This document shows positions 29,964 through 37,690 of a stretch of DNA of 64,000 nucleotides, piece after piece. Source of the DNA: a virus (taxonomy: Duplodnaviria > Caudoviricetes). The translations under genes were made by a program, and so were the position numbers. The number at the start of each line of letters is the position of its first letter. The first letter of the stretch is position 1. Where the stretch lies: the IMG/VR virus record IMGVR_UViG_3300033145_002422; one strand, 5' to 3'. Under the pieces are notes generated by a model, which saw only the letters and a program-made list of their open reading frames with translations, was not told the DNA's origin and did no database searches.

Positions 29964-32507
29964 ATGGAAATAAGTAATAAAGATTTCGTGCATCTGCATG
30001 TACATTCAGAATATTCAAAATTTGATGGTTTAGCTACTATTAAGGGATTAGTTGCTAAGGCTAGAGAAATGGGATTTCCAGCATTGGCGATAACAGATCA
30101 TGGCAATGTTGGTAGTTTTATTAAGTTTATAAAAGAGTGTAAAGCTACTAAAGATAAAAATGATAAACTATTAAAATATCCGCCTATTAAACCTATTTTA
30201 GGAGTAGAGTTATACTTTTGTCGGAAACATACTGCTAAAAGTAAGGCAGAACAACCAGAAGAACGTTTTGGTAACAGCCATATAGTATTGTTGGCTAAAA
30301 ATTGGGATGGATACCAGAATTTATGTACTTTAGACCAAATAGGATATACTCAAGGTTTTTGGTATGATCCTAGAATTGATTTTGATCTATTAGCAAAGCA
30401 CTCAAAGGGCTTAATTTGCTCCACAGCTTGCTTAGGTGGCATTATAAATAAAAATTTGCTTCATGATAGGTATGATCAAGCTAAGAAGGCTGCTGGATTG
30501 TTTAAAGACATTTTTAAAGAAGATTTTTTTATGGAAGTTATGTTTCATGGTATGGCTGCTGAAAGAAGTATTATTCCTGATATATTCAAATTATCAAAAG
30601 AATTAGATATACCAGTCATAGCTACAAATGATTGTATATCAGGAGACTCTATGATTGTAACGGGGTCTGGGCTAAAATCTGCTACTGAAGTAAAGGCAGG
30701 AGATTTTTTATTAACTCACAATGGCAGAATGAGAAGGGTAGAGTTTGTTAACAGAAGAAAATCTAATAATATATATACTGTTCATGGGTATATGGGAGGA
30801 GAACTAATAAGGGCCACTGGAAATCATCCCATTTTGGTAGGAATGAGGAAAAGGAGTGGGACAAAGAATGTGATTCGATCATTACAGTGGATTAGTGTAC
30901 AGGATTTAACTCCAAATCATTATTTTGCCATACCAAAAATCCATTCAGAAGATATATTCTGCTCCGCGTCAGTCGAACAATCTCACATTGATGTTTTAAA
31001 ATATTATGATATTAAAAAATATCGTAGATCATCTTTCATGGAGAATGATGTTGAATATGTTTATTCTGGAAGATGTATGGATAAAAATATTCGTATCCCA
31101 CGTTGTTTACCGCTTGATAAAGCGTTTTTTGAAGTATTAGGTCTATATATAGCGGAAGGATGCGTTTCGACAGACGGATTGCAGCAACTGAATTTTGGAT
31201 TACATAAGGATGAAATTCATCTAAAGAAGAAACTTGTTGATTTTTTCTCATCTTTTGGTTTGCATCCATCAGTAAGGTGTCATGGTAATGGAGTTTGGAT
31301 TAGAGTTGTTTCAACGGTTTTTGCAGAATTATTTTCTAAATTATGTGGCAATTCTTCATCTCAAAAGCACATGCCTATATTGGAAAATAGGAATAGCTTT
31401 TTTGGTTGTTGGACAAGAGACCAGGTATCTTATATTCTATCAACATATATAGAAGGGGATGGTCATGAGCCTCTTGGCAGGAAGGCGATTTCAATCGCTT
31501 CTACATCAAAAACTCTTATTTTTGAAATCTCAGCTATATTAAATGCGTTGGGCATTTTATCGTTGCCAACAGAACGAGATTACCAGAATAGGAACAGTTT
31601 TAAAGAATGGAAGCATAAGAATCCTAATGCTAAATCATCTAATTGGAATAATACGTTTATTTTACATATATCTGGGAATAACAAATTTATACTACAGCGG
31701 TGGATTCATAGGCATAAAAATCAAGAAGTTCTTAAGGGTAAACAAAATTATTGTGAAGATGATAATTATTATTATGTAAAAATAAAGAAAATAAAGAGTA
31801 TAGAAAACGAAATGGAAGTTTATAATTTTCAAGTAGCCGAAGATGAATCCTATACAGTTAATTTTGTTTCTGTACATAATTGCCATTATATAGAAAAGAA
31901 ACATGCTAAATCTCAAGAAGTTTTGATGTGTATGTCTTCGTCTAAATGTATGCATGATCCAAAAAGACCAAAACTACCTACGGAAGAGTTTTATCTTAAG
32001 AGCGCAAACGAGATGTATAAGATGTTTCAGGTTTATCCTCAGGTAATTACAAACACGGTTGCTCTTGCTAATCGAATTGATAATAAAGATATTGACAATC
32101 ATTTATTCGGAGGAATGAGATTGCCAAAGTTTGGTATTCCAGAACAATATGAAACTCCTTTTGAGTATCTTAAATTCTTAGCGATAGATGGATTGAAAAA
32201 ATTAAATTGGGATAAAAGTAAACCTCATGTTGAGGCTTTGAGAAAAGAATTGATAGATGTTAAAGTAGCGTTGGATAATAATAATTATGATTTTTCTACA
32301 TATTTTCTTATAGTAAGAGATATTATACAATTTGCAAAGAGTAAAGAAATTATGTGCGGTGCTGGCCGTGGTTCTGGGTATGCTAGTATTTTGTTGAGAT
32401 GCTTAGGAATAACTTATGGAGTAGATCCGATAGAGTATGAACTTTTGTGGGAACGCTTTTTAGGATTTGATTCTGCCCACTTCATAAAAACCACAGATTT
32501 CTTCTAA
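29964..32507 (+). CDS. dnaE: DNA polymerase III alpha, N-terminal piece (PHP plus start of palm), with intein
   Basis: FVHLHVHSEYS, AITDHGN, PRID, STACLGG, ATND/CHY, GRGSG, WERFL then stop before PDID. Confidence 0.95.
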   Translation: MEISNKDFVHLHVHSEYSKFDGLATIKGLVAKAREMGFPALAITDHGNVGSFIKFIKECKATKDKNDKLLKYPPIKPILGVELYFCRKHTAKSKAEQPEERFGNSHIVLLAKNWDGYQNLCTLDQIGYTQGFWYDPRIDFDLLAKHSKGLICSTACLGGIINKNLLHDRYDQAKKAAGLFKDIFKEDFFMEVMFHGMAAERSIIPDIFKLSKELDIPVIATNDCISGDSMIVTGSGLKSATEVKAGDFLLTHNGRMRRVEFVNRRKSNNIYTVHGYMGGELIRATGNHPILVGMRKRSGTKNVIRSLQWISVQDLTPNHYFAIPKIHSEDIFCSASVEQSHIDVLKYYDIKKYRRSSFMENDVEYVYSGRCMDKNIRIPRCLPLDKAFFEVLGLYIAEGCVSTDGLQQLNFGLHKDEIHLKKKLVDFFSSFGLHPSVRCHGNGVWIRVVSTVFAELFSKLCGNSSSQKHMPILENRNSFFGCWTRDQVSYILSTYIEGDGHEPLGRKAISIASTSKTLIFEISAILNALGILSLPTERDYQNRNSFKEWKHKNPNAKSSNWNNTFILHISGNNKFILQRWIHRHKNQEVLKGKQNYCEDDNYYYVKIKKIKSIENEMEVYNFQVAEDESYTVNFVSVHNCHYIEKKHAKSQEVLMCMSSSKCMHDPKRPKLPTEEFYLKSANEMYKMFQVYPQVITNTVALANRIDNKDIDNHLFGGMRLPKFGIPEQYETPFEYLKFLAIDGLKKLNWDKSKPHVEALRKELIDVKVALDNNNYDFSTYFLIVRDIIQFAKSKEIMCGAGRGSGYASILLRCLGITYGVDPIEYELLWERFLGFDSAHFIKTTDFF
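30633..31880 (+). mobile_element. Intein (416 aa, LAGLIDADG) in DnaE PHP motif ATND|CHY
   Basis: CISGDS...ATGNHP...LGLYIAEG...YIEGDG...VYNFQV...SVHN|C. Confidence 0.92.
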
Positions 32508-32552
32508 TTTTAGCCTAAAAACTCAATATTTTGTCAAAACTAACAATAAAAA

Positions 32553-32627
32553 ATGATAGTATTTAATATCATATTGTATATTTTCGGAGTTTTAACTACA
32601 GTTTTAATAACAATGTTTACTTCTTAA
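32553..32627 (+). CDS. Possible 24-aa hydrophobic peptide MIVFNIILYIFGVLTTVLITMFTS
   Basis: Short ORF read manually; no clear SD. Confidence 0.25.
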   Translation: MIVFNIILYIFGVLTTVLITMFTS

Positions 32628-32677
32628 CTGCAAGAGCTTAGAAACAATATTTATAATTTTTTTAGCGGGATGAGAAT

Positions 32678-33070
32678 ATGTTAGTAATAAAAATAAGAGA
32701 CAATTTATACATATCGGGTTGCAAGGCAACTGAAGATGATTTAAAGAAACTAGGTATTAACTGCATTCTCAATGTTGCTGATGATGCAAAAACTATTTTA
32801 ACAGCATATGGTTCTGGAATACAAAGGAATACCTGTTCATTTGCTGATGATACAGAATCAGCACTAAAAAGAGGAGCTATGGCTGTTGAATTAGCTGTTG
32901 ATTTACTGAATGAAGGAAAGATTTTACTTATACATTGTAAAGTTGGTAACAGTAGAAGCCCTCATATAGCTGCTTTAGCATTATCTCAAATTGAGAAAGT
33001 TAGCTACGATCAGATATATGAAGAGATAAGAAGGTTTAGACCTTCTGTAATGAAGTATAGTATGCGATAG
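32678..33070 (+). CDS. Dual-specificity protein phosphatase
   Basis: IRDNLYISG, GINCILNV, HCKVGNSRS (HCX5R), RRFRP. Confidence 0.85.
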   Translation: MLVIKIRDNLYISGCKATEDDLKKLGINCILNVADDAKTILTAYGSGIQRNTCSFADDTESALKRGAMAVELAVDLLNEGKILLIHCKVGNSRSPHIAALALSQIEKVSYDQIYEEIRRFRPSVMKYSMR

Positions 33071-33121
33071 TCTTTAATTGATTTGGATGCAAGTTGGATA
33101 GATAAATTAAGGGATATTTAA

Positions 33122-35110
33122 ATGGATAAATATAAAAAAATAAGATCAGAAATTTTGAGTTCTGTTATAACTGATGATGCTGATATTCTAAAGAAAGTTG
33201 ATAAGGAGTTGGATTTTCTTGAAGTAACGGAGGGAATTCACGATGTCAATAATCTTGAGAATTTTTATGATATATGGAAAGAGCATAAGGGAAAAACTGG
33301 TACTAAGAATGAAGTAAATAGCTGGACTGCATGGGCTGTTGGATTAACAAATAAAAAACCAGACGTTGATGCTGAGTTTATAGCCGAGAGAAGAATTTTT
33401 GCCAGGGCAGGATTCCCTGATATTGATATGGATTTTGATTATTTTTATCAGAATGAAATATATGATTATATTGTTGAAAAATATGGAAGAGAAGTTGTTG
33501 GTAACATAGGAACATACCAAGGTGTGAAATTAAAATCTGCTGTTACAAGAATAGGAAAAGTTCTTGATGTTGCTGGCGCTTTTTATAAAGGAAAAGAAGC
33601 ATATGTATCTGAGAATGAAGCTAAAATTAGAGAGATTATAGATTCTTCTTTGCCTAAAGGTGGAATAGTAAAAACGAGAGATAAAGAAGGAAAAGCTGTT
33701 ATTGTCAAAAGTATAAAACAAGCTTATGAATGTTTTCCAGATTTTAAATATTATATGGATAAGTTTCCAGATTTATATAAACATGCAAAGCAAATTGAAG
33801 GAATTAGATCAATATTTGGAGTTCATCCTGCTGGTATCGTAATTTCTAATGTTCCTTTAGAGGGTATAGCCCCTATGAGAAGAGCAAAAGAAAATTCATT
33901 AGCTACTCAATATGATATGGAAGATTTAGAGTCTGTTGGTTTAATTAAGATGGATATATTAGCTTTGTCAACTTTAACGGTTGTTTCTCAGACTGTTAAA
34001 ATGATTAAAAATAACTATGGAATAACTATAGATGTAGAGAATTTACCAGTTACTGATGAAAAAACATATGAATTGTTTAGAAGGGGAGATCTAACTGGAG
34101 TTTTTCAATGTGAAAATCCTGGTATGCAACATACTATGAAGGATATTAATGTAGACAAATTTGATGATATTATGGCTGCTATAGCATTATATCGTCCAGG
34201 TCCAATGGGTTCTATTCCAGATTATTGCATGAGAAAGAAGGGAGAAGCTGATATAGATTATTTCCATGATTCTATTGAACCATATGTTAAAAAATATCTT
34301 CAAAAAACTTATGGTATTCTTGTATATCAAGAACAATTGATGCAGATATGTAATTCTTTAGCTGGATTCTCTATATTAGATGGATATGTTCTTATTAAAG
34401 GCGTTGGAAAGAAAAAGCAAAACCTTATAGACAAATTCAAAAAACAATTTATACAAGGTTGCGTAAAAAATGGTGTTCCAGAAAATATAGCTGAAATATA
34501 TTGGGACAAGTTTATAACTCCATTCGCTTCTTATGGTTTTAATAAATCGCATGCATGCTGTTATGCTTTTTTGTCTTATATTACCGGATATTTAAAAGCT
34601 AACTATCCAGATGAGTTTTTCTGCGTTTATTTAAATGTTGAAAATCAAAGAAAAAATCAAGATAAAATAGATGAATTAATGAAAGAGATGAAAAAGTTTA
34701 ATATAAAGGTATCTGATAAGAATATAAATGATTGTGAAGAAGATTATAAAATAATTCAAAAGAAAGATGATTTGTCAGGTGTTCCAAAAACTATTATAAG
34801 TCCTAGTATTATGTGTAAAGGAGTAGGTTATAATGCTGCAAAAGAAATAGCATTGTATAGGCCATATAATAATTTAAGAGATTTGGCAACAAAAACATCA
34901 TCTACAGTTGATCAAGATATAGTTGGTTCTTTAGTAGATTTTGGTTTTTTTAGTAAGCAATTTAAAGGAACAAATAAGGGTAAAAGTAAAGCAAAAAAAA
35001 TTACTATTGAAAAGTTTAGGCAAAATGTGCAGTTAAAATTTGCTACTATAAGAAAAGATTTGAAAGCAGCTTCTAAGAAGGGTGTATTATCTGGAGATTT
35101 GTTTGAATGA
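33122..35110 (+). CDS. dnaE: DNA polymerase III alpha, C-terminal piece (catalytic palm, fingers, HhH)
   Basis: FPDIDMD, GVHPAGIV, GLIKMDIL, GVFQCE, ALYRPGP, TYGILVYQEQ, YGFNKSHA, KGVG. Confidence 0.95.
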   Translation: MDKYKKIRSEILSSVITDDADILKKVDKELDFLEVTEGIHDVNNLENFYDIWKEHKGKTGTKNEVNSWTAWAVGLTNKKPDVDAEFIAERRIFARAGFPDIDMDFDYFYQNEIYDYIVEKYGREVVGNIGTYQGVKLKSAVTRIGKVLDVAGAFYKGKEAYVSENEAKIREIIDSSLPKGGIVKTRDKEGKAVIVKSIKQAYECFPDFKYYMDKFPDLYKHAKQIEGIRSIFGVHPAGIVISNVPLEGIAPMRRAKENSLATQYDMEDLESVGLIKMDILALSTLTVVSQTVKMIKNNYGITIDVENLPVTDEKTYELFRRGDLTGVFQCENPGMQHTMKDINVDKFDDIMAAIALYRPGPMGSIPDYCMRKKGEADIDYFHDSIEPYVKKYLQKTYGILVYQEQLMQICNSLAGFSILDGYVLIKGVGKKKQNLIDKFKKQFIQGCVKNGVPENIAEIYWDKFITPFASYGFNKSHACCYAFLSYITGYLKANYPDEFFCVYLNVENQRKNQDKIDELMKEMKKFNIKVSDKNINDCEEDYKIIQKKDDLSGVPKTIISPSIMCKGVGYNAAKEIALYRPYNNLRDLATKTSSTVDQDIVGSLVDFGFFSKQFKGTNKGKSKAKKITIEKFRQNVQLKFATIRKDLKAASKKGVLSGDLFE

Positions 35111-35456
35111 GTAGTATGGAATTTGAAAACGGAAACGAAATAGAAGGTACATTCTCTTCTGCGACTCAAAGTGGTTGTGTTTAGAGGTAGTATTTTCAAT
35201 AAGTAAAACGGATTCTATGAAAATAAGTTCATGCGTTGAGGTTAAAGATGTTTTAATAAAAGCAGTGAATATTAATATTGAAGAAAATGGTTTAAGGTAT
35301 GAAGGAAGTTTTATAGTTTCAAAAATATTTTTTGATAAACATTTTGATTATATTACAATAATGTCAAATAATTATAAAAATGTAGATGCAGTAGACAAAT
35401 TTTTTATTTTAAAACAGAAAATAAATAAAATAAAACAACATATTGGAGGAATATAA
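35107..35456 (+). pseudogene. Hypothetical gene apparently broken by a frameshift near 35175
   Basis: ATG 35107 overlaps dnaE stop and reads 25 aa to TAG; the 93-aa ORF continues in the -1 frame. Confidence 0.4.
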
Positions 35457-35457
35457 A

Positions 35458-35730
35458 ATGAGCGAAAATGAAGAGGGCGTAAAGAAGGAAAGACTTTCGA
35501 AGATATCAAAGAGTATTTCAAGGAAGTTTAATGTTGCAAAGTATGAAAATTTAGTTATTCATGTTTCATACGAAGAAGAGGTAGAGTGGGGTGATCTTAA
35601 GACGAGACAGAAAAAATCAGAAGATGTGACTAAACTTTTGTTAATTGATTTTGAGCAAACGAAGAAAGAGGTTTTTGAAGAGCTTGGGTTGGAAGAAAAG
35701 ACAGCTTTTATGGAAAATCCTCTTGAGTAA
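35458..35730 (+). CDS. Hypothetical phage protein
   Basis: SD ggagg; SRKFNVAKYEN motif. Confidence 0.55.
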   Translation: MSENEEGVKKERLSKISKSISRKFNVAKYENLVIHVSYEEEVEWGDLKTRQKKSEDVTKLLLIDFEQTKKEVFEELGLEEKTAFMENPLE

Positions 35731-35759
35731 AAAATGAGTAAAAAATAAGGGAGAATTGA

Positions 35760-36923
35760 ATGAGTAATTCAGATAATGAGTTAAGTGATATAGAAGATAT
35801 CTTTGGAATCTCCAAAGATATGAAAAATGCTGAAGAGCAAGATGATGTGGTTGATTTTGATATGGAAGTGGAAAAATTGAATTTAACTATGTCAAAGGAA
35901 GAGACAGAACAGCCTTTAAAAGAATTGGAAATTGCTGTAAAAAAGAAAGAGAAAAAAACTGTAGAAAGCATAGAAAAAACTATAGTTCAGAGTATAAATA
36001 AAACTAATTTAGAAGATCAAAAAAATAAAGAAATTAGTGTAGAAAAAACTATAGAAATGCCGATAAATATAGTAGAGGATGAGGAAATTAAAGACGAAGA
36101 AAAGTATGTTAATCAAGTTTTGGAAGAGGTAGATGTGATAGAAGAGAATCAAAAAAATAAATTAGATGAAAATGAAAATTGTGAGGAAGAAATTATTGAT
36201 TTTGATATCCCAAAGAGTACAGAAATAGAATGGATTATTAAAAGTACTGATAGCAGATTTGAAAATTTTTATGCAGAAAAAAGGTTATTGTTAAAAGATA
36301 TTCTTGTTGGCGGTGTTCTTCCGTTTAAAGATCTAATGAAAGAATTAAAAGGAAGTTATGTAGATATATCTCATCCTACATTTGATACTGAAATGGCATC
36401 TATTAAAATGGATAGAGTTCAGAAAATGAGAGATAGGATATCTCAAATTGCTATAGATTGTAATCAGCAATATTATCCATGGAAGAGGGGAGTTGAATTG
36501 ATGCAGGGTCTTCTTGCAAGAACTCAATATGAAAAGCCTGCTGCAAAACAAGATGGTCTTATTTATGAGCATATGAAAGATATAGAAGTTTATTTTCATA
36601 AATTAGAAAGTCTTCATTATTCCATAGATGCAATTACAAGAAATCTAGATGGAGCATTCGATTGTTTATCAAGGAGGGCAACGATAGCTTTACCCTCAAG
36701 ACCTGTAGAAAGAAAATATCTAAGTTCATATGAACATGTTCAAAATATTAATGTAAGTGATCCTAAAGAAAATCCTAAAGAATCTAAATTTATTGAAGAT
36801 GTTCCAAATGTTTTATTAGAATATGATTCTCTTCCAGATGATGCTAAAGATAAGGTTACAGAAAATATTCCTTTTAAGAAAAAACTTAGAAAATCTGGAA
36901 AAGTGTCGTGGAATGAGATATAA
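35760..36923 (+). CDS. Acidic/coiled-coil hypothetical protein upstream of SSB-RecA (possible recombination mediator)
   Basis: SD gggag; helical C-terminal half; function inferred from context only. Confidence 0.45.
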   Translation: MSNSDNELSDIEDIFGISKDMKNAEEQDDVVDFDMEVEKLNLTMSKEETEQPLKELEIAVKKKEKKTVESIEKTIVQSINKTNLEDQKNKEISVEKTIEMPINIVEDEEIKDEEKYVNQVLEEVDVIEENQKNKLDENENCEEEIIDFDIPKSTEIEWIIKSTDSRFENFYAEKRLLLKDILVGGVLPFKDLMKELKGSYVDISHPTFDTEMASIKMDRVQKMRDRISQIAIDCNQQYYPWKRGVELMQGLLARTQYEKPAAKQDGLIYEHMKDIEVYFHKLESLHYSIDAITRNLDGAFDCLSRRATIALPSRPVERKYLSSYEHVQNINVSDPKENPKESKFIEDVPNVLLEYDSLPDDAKDKVTENIPFKKKLRKSGKVSWNEI

Positions 36924-36969
36924 TAATATAATTAACACAAAAAACTTTTTTTATTAAGGAGAATTATAG

Positions 36970-37656
36970 ATGACTAGCAAATTAGATTGGAATTCAGTAG
37001 GATCAAATAATAAGTCTGGTTCTGGTGGGAAGAAGTTGAAGAATTTAGAGTTTATTAGATTTACTGGTGGGTCAAATTACAATATTAGACCTTTAGGTTG
37101 TCCGATTGTTTTTTTGAAGGCTGGTATGATGGTAAATGGCTCTTATCGCTCAGCCATTATTGAAGATCCAGATAGTCCAGTTGTAAAAAACTTTAGCAAC
37201 ATGAATGTTAATGAGAGGTATGCTGTTAATGTTCTTGATAGATTAGATGGAAAAATAAAAATTATGGAGGGTCCGCTTTCTATTTTTGGCGAGTTTAAAA
37301 GCTATTCAGACCATACTCAAAAGAATCCCGGTTTGTCAGTAGGTGCAGATTTTAGTATAAAGGCCGATGGGGACGGGAAGGAGAGAAGGTATACAACTAA
37401 GTTCTTTAAAAATACTACTCTTACAGATGATGAAAAAGCTATGATTAAAGATCAAGGTTTGTATGATTTGGAAAAGGTATTTAAGGTAGTTCCTGATGAA
37501 GAATTAGAAAATAAGCTTTTAAATACATCTGGTCAACAACAGTATAAGAAGAATGATAATACTGTAGTTGAAGAGTTGGGTTTGGATGGGGATATTACTA
37601 AGACAGCAGATATAGCAGATACAACAACTAGTGATGATTTAGATTTGGATTTTTAA
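36970..37656 (+). CDS. Putative single-stranded DNA-binding protein (gp32-like)
   Basis: IRPLG...RYAVNVLDRLDGKIKIME...ADFSIKADG...Y; acidic tail ending DDLDLDF; precedes recA. Confidence 0.65.
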   Translation: MTSKLDWNSVGSNNKSGSGGKKLKNLEFIRFTGGSNYNIRPLGCPIVFLKAGMMVNGSYRSAIIEDPDSPVVKNFSNMNVNERYAVNVLDRLDGKIKIMEGPLSIFGEFKSYSDHTQKNPGLSVGADFSIKADGDGKERRYTTKFFKNTTLTDDEKAMIKDQGLYDLEKVFKVVPDEELENKLLNTSGQQQYKKNDNTVVEELGLDGDITKTADIADTTTSDDLDLDF

Positions 37657-37690
37657 TTAATAGTAATTTATAAAAATGGAGAGACTTTTT

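Noticed and set aside
32460-33410. Split intein or group I/II intron joining the dnaE halves
   Set aside because: No intein N- or C-terminal blocks at the facing ends, and no recognisable intron core by eye; the gap holds ordinary ORFs. A covariance-model search is still needed to exclude an intron
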